Notes: generated from the letters alone by a model not told the origin. 64,000 nucleotides of DNA from Bdellovibrionota bacterium (GCA_963668355.1 OY764265.1:160001-224000), one strand, 5' to 3'. Positions 38,084-48,273 are shown, counted from the first letter of the stretch. Translations and numbers: made by a program.

Positions 38084-39234
38084 AGTGGACCCTCGACCCC
38101 ACCATCACCTTTTTAAATCATGGCTCATTCGGGGCCTGTCCCGTCTCTGTTTTGGAAAGGCAACAGGAGATCCGAAACCGTTTGGAGAAAGAACCCGTTT
38201 TCTTTTTCACCCAGCTTTTCGAAGAGCTTTTGGATGAATCCCGAAGTGGCCTTGCTCGCTTCGTCGGAACACAGCCACAAAATCTAGTATTCGTGAACAA
38301 TGCCACAATGGGCGTGAATACCATCCTTCGGTCCTATGAGTTCCGTCCTGGTGACGAAATCATCATCACGAACCATGGCTATAACGCCTGTACCAACGCG
38401 GCTGAAGTCATTGCGAAGGAAAAAGGCGTCGTCCTAAAAATGGCAAACATCCCCTTTCCTCTTGAAAGCGGAGAGGAAGTCCTGGAGGCAATCCTTTCGA
38501 AAACAACTCCCAAGACCCGAATTGCACTTGTGGATCACATTACAAGTCCGACCGCCCTTATTTTTCCGATCGAAAAACTCAGCCAAGAGCTTCAAAAGAG
38601 GAACGTGGACCTTCTCGTAGACGGAGCCCACGCTCCCGGAATGATCCCTTTGGACCTAGACGCTTTACACGTCCCTTTCTATACGGCGAATTGTCACAAA
38701 TGGCTTTGTGCTCCCAAAGGCGCGGCTTTTTTATACGTACATCCCAGTCGCCAAAAAGAGATTCGACCGCTTTCCATCAGCCATGGACACAATTCAAACC
38801 GAACCGATAAATCCAAATTTCAATTGGAGTTCGACTGGACCGGTACCCAGGACCCTTCGGCCTGGCTTTCCGTGAATCATGCCATCGAACACATCGAAAA
38901 TTCCTTCTCAGGCGGTTGGGAAGCCCTTATGAGAGCGAATCATGAGTTAGTCCTTTCGGGACGAGATTTGCTCTGCGAGGCTCTAAACTTAACTCCCCCA
39001 GCACCAGACCAATTGCTGGGAAGCATGGCGACACTGCCTCTTCCCGTACCACTGGCTGGAAATCGTGACGTTCCCGACCCCCTTCAGCAACGGCTCTTCG
39101 AATCTCATCAAATCGAAGTTCCCCTTTTTTCCTGGCCTGCTCTCAATCAGCGTTTCATCCGAATTTCGGCTCAGATTTACAACCGCCCAGAAGACTACGC
39201 CCGACTCTCGCAGGCAATCTTAGGCTATCTCTAA
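38080..39234 (+). CDS. Class V PLP-dependent enzyme (isopenicillin N epimerase / cysteine lyase-like)
   Basis: FLNHGSFGA, DHITSPT, VDGAH, NCHKWLCAPKG PLP lysine; ATGA overlap with fabI. Confidence 0.85.
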   Translation: MKWTLDPTITFLNHGSFGACPVSVLERQQEIRNRLEKEPVFFFTQLFEELLDESRSGLARFVGTQPQNLVFVNNATMGVNTILRSYEFRPGDEIIITNHGYNACTNAAEVIAKEKGVVLKMANIPFPLESGEEVLEAILSKTTPKTRIALVDHITSPTALIFPIEKLSQELQKRNVDLLVDGAHAPGMIPLDLDALHVPFYTANCHKWLCAPKGAAFLYVHPSRQKEIRPLSISHGHNSNRTDKSKFQLEFDWTGTQDPSAWLSVNHAIEHIENSFSGGWEALMRANHELVLSGRDLLCEALNLTPPAPDQLLGSMATLPLPVPLAGNRDVPDPLQQRLFESHQIEVPLFSWPALNQRFIRISAQIYNRPEDYARLSQAILGYL

Positions 39235-39295
39235 AAAATCCACCTGGAAGGAACAGATTCTTTGTGCTACAAGCGGCGGCCTTTTCGAGATCAAC

Positions 39296-41155
39296 GTGTT
39301 GAATTTAAGAAATATATGCATCATCGCCCATGTAGACCATGGCAAAACCACGCTCGTGGACCATCTACTGCGACAAGCCGGGACCTTTCAAGAACATCAA
39401 ACCGTCGACGAACGCGTCATGGACTCCATGGATTTGGAGCGAGAACGAGGCATTACGATTTTGGCCAAAAACACGTCGGTCCGAGTGGGAGACACAAAAA
39501 TCAATATTGTCGACACCCCTGGCCACGCAGATTTTGGGGGTGAGGTGGAACGAATCATGGGAATGGTGGACGGAGCCATTCTCCTGGTAGATGCAGCCGA
39601 AGGTCCCCTTCCCCAAACCCGTTTTGTCTTAGAAAAGGCTTTGGCTCAAAATCAGCGAATTATTGTGGTCATCAATAAAGTGGATCGCTTGGAACAGGGG
39701 GACCCCTATCGCATTCAGGAAGTCACCAATCAGATCTTCGATCTCTTTGTGGACCTCGGGGCTTCAGATGAACAGGCTGAATTTCCCATCGTCTATGCCT
39801 GCTCAAAACAAGGATGGTGCACAACCTCTCTTGCTGACCTTGAAGACCTTCTCTCCAAACGAAAAACGGGAACCTTAAAGCCTCTTTTCGATTTGATCTT
39901 ATCTCTGGTTTCCCCTCCCAAGATTGAAAAAAATGATGAATTTCAACTCTTAATTTCGAACTTGGCCTATTCGGATTACGTCGGAAGAATGGCCATTGGA
40001 AGAGTGCTTTCCGGGAAAGTGACTCAAAACCAACGAATTTTCCGATATGGATTGGACCCAGAACAAAACCCTGTTCTCGAAGCCTTTGTCACGCCTCACA
40101 TTTACACCTTTGAAGGCCTCAACCAAAAAGAGGTGGACTCGTTGCACGCCGGAGACATCGGGCTCTTAACCGGAATAGAGTCCTTCCAGATTGGAGACAC
40201 GCTATCCAGTTCGGACTCCATTGATCCTCTTCGACGAATTTCGGTGGAAAAACCAACCTTGGGAATGACGTTTTCCATAAATACTTCCCCTTACTCGGGG
40301 AAAGAGGGAGAAGCCATACAATCTCGAAAGCTTCGAGAACGACTGCTCAAAGAAGTTCGCCAAAATGTAGCGCTTCGATTCGAAGAAATGGATACGCCCG
40401 ATCAATTTCGCATTCTTGGGCGAGGAGAATTGCAGATGGCCATTCTGATCGAACAGATGCGTCGTGAAGGTTTTGAATTCATGGTTGGCAAGCCGATTGT
40501 TCTCATGAAAGAGGGCCCAAATGGCGAGAAACTGGAGCCCATTGAACGGGCCGTGTTGGACTTGCCTGAAGAATATGTTGGGGCAGTTACTCAAATGTTT
40601 CAACAACGAAAAGGCCTCGTTGATAAGATCGAGAAACACCGCAGCCGGGTTCGCCTTGAGATCATCATTCCCACCCGAGGCATGTTGGGTTTAAGGTCTC
40701 GATACCTATCGATGACCAGAGGAGAAGGATTGTTCAGCCGAGAATGGATTGGTCATGAACCTTCGAGGGGAGAAATCATTCACAGAATCAATGGAGCCAT
40801 GGTCGCAGATCGATCTGGAAAGACCGTAGAGTATGCCATGCTCAATTTGGAAGACCGTGGAATTCTCTTTGTTAAACCCCGTGTGCCCGTTTACGAAGGA
40901 ATGATTGTTGGCGAATGCAACAAAGACAATGATCTCAACGTAAACATTTGCCGTGAAAAGAAGCTCACAAATATTCGCGCGGCTCACGCTGAAATACTGG
41001 TAACCCTTTCCGGCATTCGCGAGATGTCATTAGAAAAATCAATCGAATGGATTGATGAAGATGAATGGATCGAAGTCACCCCCAAAACCATTCGGCTGAG
41101 GAAAAAGATTCTGCCTCAAAATCAACGAAGTGTGAAACGCTCGGCTCGAAAGTAG
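39296..41155 (+). CDS. typA: Translational GTPase TypA/BipA
   Basis: [47 protein letters not shown]. Confidence 0.97.
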   Translation: MLNLRNICIIAHVDHGKTTLVDHLLRQAGTFQEHQTVDERVMDSMDLERERGITILAKNTSVRVGDTKINIVDTPGHADFGGEVERIMGMVDGAILLVDAAEGPLPQTRFVLEKALAQNQRIIVVINKVDRLEQGDPYRIQEVTNQIFDLFVDLGASDEQAEFPIVYACSKQGWCTTSLADLEDLLSKRKTGTLKPLFDLILSLVSPPKIEKNDEFQLLISNLAYSDYVGRMAIGRVLSGKVTQNQRIFRYGLDPEQNPVLEAFVTPHIYTFEGLNQKEVDSLHAGDIGLLTGIESFQIGDTLSSSDSIDPLRRISVEKPTLGMTFSINTSPYSGKEGEAIQSRKLRERLLKEVRQNVALRFEEMDTPDQFRILGRGELQMAILIEQMRREGFEFMVGKPIVLMKEGPNGEKLEPIERAVLDLPEEYVGAVTQMFQQRKGLVDKIEKHRSRVRLEIIIPTRGMLGLRSRYLSMTRGEGLFSREWIGHEPSRGEIIHRINGAMVADRSGKTVEYAMLNLEDRGILFVKPRVPVYEGMIVGECNKDNDLNVNICREKKLTNIRAAHAEILVTLSGIREMSLEKSIEWIDEDEWIEVTPKTIRLRKKILPQNQRSVKRSARK

Positions 41156-41233
41156 CCTCCAATCATTCATCTAACGCATATCTTCCTACGCATGGGAAGC
41201 AGCGTGAGAGTTTGATATAGTCATGACTCCAAA

Positions 41234-41890
41234 ATGATTGAGAAAAAACAAAAGATCCTGCGTTTTCTAAAATCCAACTGGGGATTCCCCGTTGCCATTC
41301 TTTGCGCGCTCGCTTTTCGCTCCACCTTCGCCAGCCAGTATAACGTTCCCACCGGATCCATGATTCCAACGATTCAAATTGGGGATCATATATTCGCCAA
41401 TAAAATGGCCTATGATCTACGCATCCCCTTCACTACACGGAGCCTGATCCGGATTTCGGAACCTAAACGAGGAGAGGTCATTGTCTTTGCCAATCCGCGA
41501 GATCCTTCGGGGATTCCCCTGGTCAAACGATTGATCGGGTTACCGGGAGATCGTTTAGAAATCATTGATGGGTGGATTTGGATCAATGGAAAAGCCCTTC
41601 CAATCAAAGAAGGAGAGAAGCCTCTTCTCTTTGAAGAAACGATGGGCTCCATTGCCCATCAAGTACAACGCATTCCCTCCCAAATGCGACCCGAACATTT
41701 GGGCTTTGTGGTTCCAGAGGGTCACTATTTTTTCATGGGAGACAATCGAGACAATAGCGCTGACAGTCGCGTCTGGGGATTTGTCCCGAGAAATCTTTTG
41801 CTCGGCCAAGCCAAATGGATTCTCTACACGCTGAATTGGGAAAGCTGGAAACCGGATTTTAATACGGAGCGAAGTTTCAAAACGCTCTAA
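41234..41890 (+). CDS. lepB: Signal peptidase I
   Basis: TGSMIPT Ser, VKRLIGLPGD Lys, MGDNRDNSADSR. Confidence 0.95.
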   Translation: MIEKKQKILRFLKSNWGFPVAILCALAFRSTFASQYNVPTGSMIPTIQIGDHIFANKMAYDLRIPFTTRSLIRISEPKRGEVIVFANPRDPSGIPLVKRLIGLPGDRLEIIDGWIWINGKALPIKEGEKPLLFEETMGSIAHQVQRIPSQMRPEHLGFVVPEGHYFFMGDNRDNSADSRVWGFVPRNLLLGQAKWILYTLNWESWKPDFNTERSFKTL

Positions 41891-41897
41891 CTAGAAC

Positions 41898-42539
41898 CTA
41901 CTGAACTGAAAGCCTCGATTCGACAGCGTCACGAAGGCGACCACACGTCTCAATGTATTCGACCATTTCTTCTGACGAAATGTACTCGGCTAAACCTTCC
42001 AAAAAAGATCCCTCAAACACGGCGTCCAATTCTTGGCTCGTCCTCACTCTTTCACAAGCGAACTCAAGCAAGTGAAGATCCAGCGTTGTGTTATGCAACA
42101 CGAGTCTTCGCAATTCCAAAATTTCGCCCAACGAACTGTTTTGCACGATATTTAAGTACTGCTCTTGGGAGAGGCCATATTTAGGATCGACAAAGAAGCG
42201 ACTGAAAAACTGGCCTCGGGCTTTCGGACCAAAAGCTCCTTCAGACAAACGATCCACTTCATAAAACCAACCCAATAAATCATCGAAAGAATTCGCTTTT
42301 TGGCCATTCCATAAATTGGCCAGAAACGCCCATGGAGAGAAACTTCCCGACTCAAGGACCCTTCGAGGAGGAAACATTTGGATCCGCTGCTCCAACGTAT
42401 AATCCAATTTCGCGACCTGTTTGAGAATCGCGATCTGGGCACGAACAATGTCATCCCCCGCATCTGGAGCCAAACTGACCACTTCCTCGACCTTCATCTC
42501 CGAGACGTAGAAATCGGATAGATCCCAATAGAGATCCAA
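41898..42539 (-). CDS. Hypothetical protein (possibly the 3' half of the upstream gene)
   Basis: 213-codon ORF with a weak TTG start overlapping the upstream ORF by 89 nt. Confidence 0.5.
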   Translation of the reverse strand: MDLYWDLSDFYVSEMKVEEVVSLAPDAGDDIVRAQIAILKQVAKLDYTLEQRIQMFPPRRVLESGSFSPWAFLANLWNGQKANSFDDLLGWFYEVDRLSEGAFGPKARGQFFSRFFVDPKYGLSQEQYLNIVQNSSLGEILELRRLVLHNTTLDLHLLEFACERVRTSQELDAVFEGSFLEGLAEYISSEEMVEYIETCGRLRDAVESRLSVQ

Positions 42540-43566
42540 TATCTTTGGACGTTGTCGTTGGAACCCAACTCAAAATATGCAAAGCGGAGATCTGCGGCTT
42601 ACGGGGCAAAAACTTAGGTCTCATTTGTGTCGGGTCCAATTCACGGCGAGCCAAGTCCTCCATTTCGTTTAAAAGAGTTGAAATGTAGCGCACTTGAGAG
42701 ACTTCCACCGGATGCTCCACAGAGGCTTGCGCAAAATCCACGGGGACCCTTTGTAAATCGCGTCCAAAAAGTTCACCCTGTATGATCGCATTGGGCTCAG
42801 ATGCAAGCCTTTGATCCAGCCGCTGTTGAAATTTCGCCAGATCATCAATCAACAAGTTTGCTTGCCGAATCAGGTCTACTTTCCCGGAAAAACTGGTGGG
42901 CATCTCACCGATGCCGGGGGCATTTTTGGCATTCAAACGGATGCCTTCGCCCAAACTGAGTTCTCGCTCTAGCTCCGTGGAAATGCTCAATAAAGTTATT
43001 TTGATCTGTTTGATCTCCGGAGAATTCCACGCAACGGGGACCCCCTCCTCTGGAGAAATCACTTCCCGAGGAAAGGCATGCACCAATCTTAAGAGAGAAA
43101 CCTGCCCAATCTGAACGATGTCCGATAGGCCGTCGGCATTGTCAAAACTCAAACGAAGGTCCTCTTGGTCCGGAATGACGTTGTATCGTGTCTTCGGGAC
43201 TCCCAAAGATTCCTTCGGATTCGATCGAGGCAACATCAACCCAAACCGATGCCCCAATCTGACGCAGGCATCTCGTTGAACATTGGAAAGAAGAAAAACA
43301 ACATCTCGACTGGAAAGGGGCGAGCGGTTTCCCTCCAAGAACCCAACTTTCTCCAAGGCTCCATTGGGAAAGATGGCTACGTCCGGCGCGGCACTCAAAA
43401 ATCCGATGGGAATCAGTTTGGAACTGTGACTGATCACATTTGAAAGTTCCGCAATATCACTCGAAACTTCTAATGTGGTTCGAAGGATCAAACCATTCGC
43501 AAACGCCTCGGTTTGAAAGACCACGAAAAAAAGGAAACCCCACGCTAAGCCAAAAAACCGCATCAT
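42451..43566 (-). CDS. Hypothetical secreted protein
   Basis: Signal peptide MMRFFGLAWGFLFFVVFQTEAFA; start reassigned to ATG 43566. Confidence 0.6.
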   Translation of the reverse strand: MMRFFGLAWGFLFFVVFQTEAFANGLILRTTLEVSSDIAELSNVISHSSKLIPIGFLSAAPDVAIFPNGALEKVGFLEGNRSPLSSRDVVFLLSNVQRDACVRLGHRFGLMLPRSNPKESLGVPKTRYNVIPDQEDLRLSFDNADGLSDIVQIGQVSLLRLVHAFPREVISPEEGVPVAWNSPEIKQIKITLLSISTELERELSLGEGIRLNAKNAPGIGEMPTSFSGKVDLIRQANLLIDDLAKFQQRLDQRLASEPNAIIQGELFGRDLQRVPVDFAQASVEHPVEVSQVRYISTLLNEMEDLARRELDPTQMRPKFLPRKPQISALHILSWVPTTTSKDIGSLLGSIRFLRLGDEGRGSGQFGSRCGG

Positions 43567-43576
43567 GAACAAAATT

Positions 43577-43592
43577 AGCAATACCCATACCA
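43577..43592 (-). promoter_or_regulatory. sigma54-type -24/-12 promoter
   Basis: Minus-strand TGGTATGGGTATTGCT; canonical spacing puts +1 on the A of ATG 43566. Confidence 0.65.
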
Positions 43593-43750
43593 CAAAGGGC
43601 ATAGCTCTATGTATCTGTTTTTATTATCTATTCTTCAGAAACATTTCCTACGAATCCCGAAGCTGCGAAAGAAATTCCCCAAACGCAAACAATTCCACTT
43701 GAGCTCTGAAGAAGACTTAGTTGGAATCGAAAAGGAAGAACCGAGCTAAA

Positions 43751-44839
43751 TCAAACATTGAAACGTACATGGAGGATATCTCCGTCCTGTACAGGATAGG
43801 TTTTGCCTTCCAGCCGAAGTTTCCCCTTTTCCTTGACCGCATTCCAATTCCCGGAAGTCATGAGATCCTCATAAGCCACAACTTCTGCGCGAATAAATCC
43901 TCTCTCAAGATCCGAATGAATCGTACCCGCCGCTTGCTGGGCGAGGGTTCCTTTTCGGATGGTCCAAGCCCGGCATTCATCTTCTCCGACCGTGAAAAAC
44001 GAAATCAAACCTAAAAATTCATAAGAGGTCCGAATGAGCCGAGTCAGAGCGGGCTCTTCGATTCCCAGCTCCTTCATAAATTCTTCCGCATCGGTTTGAT
44101 CAAGCGTGGAGATCTCCAACTCAATTTTGGCCGAAACCGGTACCACGGCCACACCGGACTTTTTGGAAATTTCATCTAACTCATACTTTTGAGTCGCTTG
44201 TGAAATTTTCCCCACTTCGTTCTCAGAAATGTTTAGAACAATCAACAAGGGCTTGGCTGAAAGAAATGTGAATCCCCTTACGATTTTCAGCTCCTCCGGA
44301 GAAAACTCCATTTCCCTCAAAGAAATCTCAGACTCAAGGGCCTCAACACATTTTTGGAGTGCCTCCAATTCCTTCCGATCCGTTTCCCTCGGCGCTTTCT
44401 GCAAACTGGCTTGAAGTTTTTCAACTCTTCGCGTAGCCACCGACAAGTCAGCGAAAATCAACTCCATCTCCATATTTTCAATGTCTCTTTTCGGGTTCAG
44501 GCTACCTTGAGAATGAGGAAAATTTGGATCATCAAACACTCGAACAACATGCAAAAGCGCATCCATTCCCTTAAGTTCATTCAAAAACGTATCGCTTCCG
44601 GAGCTTTCGCCCTTTTCAACGCCCACGACATCCACATATTCAATTTTGGCGTGAGTCTCCTTTTTGGGATGAAACATCTTGGTCAGATGATCCAATCGAG
44701 AATCCGGAACCTTCGTCATCCCCATATGAATTTCTTTTTTCCCCGTGGAGTAGGCGTCCGTAGCCACATTGGATCCGGTCAAGGTATTGAATAAGGTTGT
44801 TTTTCCTGTCTTGGGAAACCCAAAAATTCCTATTTGCAT
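43751..44839 (-). CDS. ychF: Redox-regulated ATPase YchF
   Basis: GFPKTGKTTLFN, LLHVVRVF, FLSAKP, FFTVGEDECRAWT, IHSDLERGFIRAE; ATG 44839. Confidence 0.95.
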   Translation of the reverse strand: MQIGIFGFPKTGKTTLFNTLTGSNVATDAYSTGKKEIHMGMTKVPDSRLDHLTKMFHPKKETHAKIEYVDVVGVEKGESSGSDTFLNELKGMDALLHVVRVFDDPNFPHSQGSLNPKRDIENMEMELIFADLSVATRRVEKLQASLQKAPRETDRKELEALQKCVEALESEISLREMEFSPEELKIVRGFTFLSAKPLLIVLNISENEVGKISQATQKYELDEISKKSGVAVVPVSAKIELEISTLDQTDAEEFMKELGIEEPALTRLIRTSYEFLGLISFFTVGEDECRAWTIRKGTLAQQAAGTIHSDLERGFIRAEVVAYEDLMTSGNWNAVKEKGKLRLEGKTYPVQDGDILHVRFNV

Positions 44840-45507
44840 TGTTTCTTCGTTCCGTAAGTAAATAACGTTCCAAGTTTCTGTTTCCACGTAGAAACAGTTT
44901 TTTTAGCATGGACTTCTTTTTCCAAATTCGTGGATGGTTCGTGGGGGTAACGAATTTGTCGTTGGTGAACGTTCTTCAAATTTCTAGATTCGAAAAGCTT
45001 TTTCCATTCGTCCATCGAACGCAAATCCATAGGAACACCCACATCGTCGGGCCAAGAATGTGACTCTTCATTCTCACGATAGAAATCAGACCCGATAACC
45101 AACATACCTTGCGGGGCTAAAAGGTTTACCAGGTGGTCCATGGGAACCTCCATGGGAACCGAGTAGTAAAGAGCCTCCATGGAAAAAATGAGATCGAATT
45201 TTCCGGGCAAAAGTCCATCTTCCAATTTTCCACAAACAAATTTTTCATTCGAGGACTGAAACGCGGTCGCACGCTCGATCATTTCTTTAGAAATATCAAT
45301 CCCCCAAGCTTCCTGAACATGGGGCAAGTTTGCCATTTTCCGAACCACCCAACCATTTCCGCACCCGAAGTCTAGAAAACGAAGAGGACGATCCAGGGTC
45401 AATTCATCTAAAAACGCATGAACGGCGAATCCATGCCCTTTTTCCATACCTTCCGCACGACCCGCTTTGGCCCACTCATCAAACACATTGGCTACATTCT
45501 TCTGCAT
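44830..45507 (-). CDS. Class I SAM-dependent methyltransferase
   Basis: LDFGCGNG, GIDIS, FDLIFSMEALYY. Confidence 0.88.
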   Translation of the reverse strand: MQKNVANVFDEWAKAGRAEGMEKGHGFAVHAFLDELTLDRPLRFLDFGCGNGWVVRKMANLPHVQEAWGIDISKEMIERATAFQSSNEKFVCGKLEDGLLPGKFDLIFSMEALYYSVPMEVPMDHLVNLLAPQGMLVIGSDFYRENEESHSWPDDVGVPMDLRSMDEWKKLFESRNLKNVHQRQIRYPHEPSTNLEKEVHAKKTVSTWKQKLGTLFTYGTKKQCK

Positions 45508-45524
45508 AATGACCTCATGAATCC

Positions 45525-45562
45525 AAAAAAAACGCCCCGTCTTTCATTTCGACAGGGCGTTT
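45525..45562 (-). terminator. Intrinsic terminator after the RRM gene
   Basis: AAACGCCCTGTC...GACGGGGCG stem followed by T8 on the minus strand. Confidence 0.75.
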
Positions 45563-45590
45563 ATCAAATTTCTGATCGTTTGTAAGCTGC

Positions 45591-45926
45591 TTACCAGCGA
45601 TCATCCTTGCGGTTATCTCCACGAAATCCACCGCCGCCTCGACGACCACCGCGGAAATTTCCACCACCGGAACGAGGCCGTTGTTCACGGGCTTCATTCA
45701 CTGTAATGGCTCGACCATCAATTTCTTTTCCGTTTAACGCGGAAATCACATCATCCAAATTGGTATCGTCTTCCAATTCAGCAAAGCCAAAACCACGGGA
45801 ACGACCCGTATGGCGATCTCGAATGATTTGCACGGAGGCCGCTTGAACTCCGTTTTCTTCCATAAAGGACTGCAAATCCGTCTCGTTCAAACTGAATGGA
45901 CAGTTACCAATAAATACTTTTTTCAT
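45591..45926 (-). CDS. RRM RNA-binding protein with a Gly/Arg-rich tail
   Basis: RNP2 VFIGNC, RNP1 RGFGFAEL, VNEAR, RGG tail. Confidence 0.93.
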   Translation of the reverse strand: MKKVFIGNCPFSLNETDLQSFMEENGVQAASVQIIRDRHTGRSRGFGFAELEDDTNLDDVISALNGKEIDGRAITVNEAREQRPRSGGGNFRGGRRGGGGFRGDNRKDDRW

Positions 45927-46083
45927 TCTCTTTTCCTAGTCTAAGTTTCACCTAAAGGTGTTTTGGTGCGCGACTTGCGATTGAATTGGATTTACGATCG
46001 ATAGGCGGGCTGACAAAACTCCTGTTACACCCCTTTTTAAATCCTAAGTGCAGCACCGTGTCAAGGCCGATTACAGGCCTCAT

Positions 46084-46380
46084 TTACCTGGACGCGGCAT
46101 CGATCAGCTTCAATTTTTGGGCCCTGGACATGGCTTTAATTGCCGCTTCCCGTAGGCTCGCTTCAGAGCGATTTCGGACTTCTTCTCGATAAACAATCTT
46201 TTGGGGCTTGGATATCCGAAAGAACTTGGCTCCCTTGGCCCCCAAACGGTGTTCTTCCCATCTCCGAGCCAAGTTCGTCGTAATCCCCGTGTAAAGCTTT
46301 CCCGAGAGGGTTCGGACGATATACACCTCCCAGCCTTCTTGATCGGCCGGTCGTTTAGAGGACTTCTTTTTCAAGGCCAA
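46084..46380 (-). CDS. Small GIY-YIG nuclease family protein (UPF0213-like)
   Basis: VYIV..LYTGITT..RR..EH, GAKF, REAAIK. Confidence 0.88.
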   Translation of the reverse strand: MALKKKSSKRPADQEGWEVYIVRTLSGKLYTGITTNLARRWEEHRLGAKGAKFFRISKPQKIVYREEVRNRSEASLREAAIKAMSRAQKLKLIDAASR

Positions 46381-47362
46381 AAATCTTCAACAAAAGAGCG
46401 GCGCGCATCCACATCCCGTTACGTTCTTGTCGCCAGTACATGGCCCGTGGATCCTTATCCACCTCTGGATGAATTTCCGGCCCTCGAGGCAAAGGGTGCA
46501 TGATGATGGCGTCTTTTTTAAATAATTCCAGATGCTTCGGTAAAACGCTGAAACGATCAAATTCAGCTTTTCCCGTTTCATTGGCTTGGTCATGTTCGGA
46601 TTGTGTGCGGGTGACATACAAAGCATCCAACTCCGGCAGGGCTTCGACCATATTTGCTGTCTCTTCGAACGAAATGCGATTCTCATTCAAGTGGTCCTTG
46701 ATATCGGATTCCATCTTAAAGGCATCTGACGAAATGAAGACCAGTTTTACATCCGCATAGTTTTTCATCAAATAACTGAGGGAACGAACCGTCCTTCCTC
46801 GCTTGAGATCCCCCATCATCCCAATGACTTTTCCGTCAATTCCCCCTTGTTGTTCGAAGCTCCGATTTAAGGTGTAGATGTCTAACAATGCCTGAGTCGG
46901 ATGTTGGTCTTTTCCGCTTCCGGCATTGATGATGGGAACGCGTCGAGGAATGGAGTTCATCAAGTCGGCTGCTCGTTTCGCCAAACCTTCTCCGGGGGTT
47001 CTCATGATGATGACATCAACATATGAACTGAACGTTCGAATGCTGTCCTCAAAACTCTCTCCCTTCACTTCAGAAGAAGTCGCAGAGTCTCGAATCTCGC
47101 TCGTTCCCATCCCTAGAACTTGGCAAGCATTATTGAAAGACAAAAAGGTTCGTGTGGAAGGCTGAGTGAAATAGAGCATGGCTCTGGAGCCCGCCAACAA
47201 ACTTTGAAGAAAGACGGCCCCTTCCTTGCTCCTCGCTTTTCGCCGAATGGCCGTGCTGAGTTGGCATAGCTCATCCAAGACAGGACGAGTAAAAGGCCTC
47301 GCATCAATGGTGTGATAAAAATCCCGACGGTTTTTCCTACGCTCAGAAGCTTCTTTGGTCAT
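46355..47362 (-). CDS. pyrB: Aspartate carbamoyltransferase catalytic subunit
   Basis: QPSTRT, KGES, NAGSG.DQHPTQALLD, GDLKRGRTVRS, MHPLPR. Confidence 0.95.
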   Translation of the reverse strand: MTKEASERRKNRRDFYHTIDARPFTRPVLDELCQLSTAIRRKARSKEGAVFLQSLLAGSRAMLYFTQPSTRTFLSFNNACQVLGMGTSEIRDSATSSEVKGESFEDSIRTFSSYVDVIIMRTPGEGLAKRAADLMNSIPRRVPIINAGSGKDQHPTQALLDIYTLNRSFEQQGGIDGKVIGMMGDLKRGRTVRSLSYLMKNYADVKLVFISSDAFKMESDIKDHLNENRISFEETANMVEALPELDALYVTRTQSEHDQANETGKAEFDRFSVLPKHLELFKKDAIIMHPLPRGPEIHPEVDKDPRAMYWRQERNGMWMRAALLLKIFGLEKEVL

Positions 47363-47420
47363 GTCGGGAGCGTAAGCTAGCAGACGTCGCCCCGAATGAA
47401 AACGTTTCTTCTATTCGATT

Positions 47421-48134
47421 CTATTCCCTCGGGAGACTATCTCTGGGTGTTAGAATCGGCCAGGTGTCAAAACGCAGTATAGGGGAAGACCAATCCCCCA
47501 CCTCCTGCAACCATATTGCATTCGGATGGGGAGAAATTCCCTCAACGACACAACAACTTCCCGACTCTGGATGGTTCAGAAATTCTTCTTCAAAAACTCC
47601 CGCAAGGTCTTCGAAACTTGAAAAAGCGTATGCAGCTTGAGTCACTTCCGACAAACGTTCCACACATTGGCCGGAATCCTCTCTCCAAGGATGGGCTTTC
47701 GAAGAAAGAAGGAACAGAAACGGTTCGTCCTCAAGCTCTCCATTTCCTTTTATGGATCGAAACTCCCACGTTTCCGATTGGAGACTTAGACAATATTCCG
47801 GAACAGGTTTGGAAAACTCCACCCCACCGCCCACACTCGAAACCGAATGTTCAGCAATGACCATTTCGCAAAAATATGGCTGCCCCACACAGGCGAGAAA
47901 GAACACTCTCACGCAAGAGGGATCGCTGTATGCCGCGCGCAACGATTCACAATGGGAAAAATCATAGTCTTTGGAATCCCACACATAAATATGTGTCCCG
48001 TCCGGAGTAACGACATGCATGTCCAACAACTGTGTTTTTTGAGAAAAAACCGCCCAGGTTTTCTCAAGTGGCTCCCCAAGACACGGCGACACCCACAAGA
48101 AACACGACAAAAAGACCCCTACTTTTAACCTCAT
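47421..48134 (-). CDS. Hypothetical secreted Cys-containing protein
   Basis: Signal-peptide-like N-terminus, GGGGG SD-like site; no family recognised. Confidence 0.55.
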   Translation of the reverse strand: MRLKVGVFLSCFLWVSPCLGEPLEKTWAVFSQKTQLLDMHVVTPDGTHIYVWDSKDYDFSHCESLRAAYSDPSCVRVFFLACVGQPYFCEMVIAEHSVSSVGGGVEFSKPVPEYCLSLQSETWEFRSIKGNGELEDEPFLFLLSSKAHPWREDSGQCVERLSEVTQAAYAFSSFEDLAGVFEEEFLNHPESGSCCVVEGISPHPNAIWLQEVGDWSSPILRFDTWPILTPRDSLPRE

Positions 48135-48257
48135 AATCCCCCCTTATGCGACTTAATCTCCCCATTACCTTCATATCACATCACTTCTGGATATGCATTT
48201 TTTGCACCTTGCGTGCGTTTAAAGCATTATAAATATTTGATATTTAAGCTTTTTAAA

Positions 48258-48273
48258 TGGCACAGGGATTGCT
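48258..48273 (+). promoter_or_regulatory. sigma54-type -24/-12 promoter (consensus)
   Basis: TGGCACAGGGATTGCT matches TGGCAC-N5-TTGCW, preceded by an AT-rich tract. Confidence 0.75.

Noticed and set aside
46084..46380. GIY-YIG gene as a homing endonuclease or mobile element
   Set aside because: Small stand-alone UPF0213-type protein with no intron, terminal repeats or interrupted host gene
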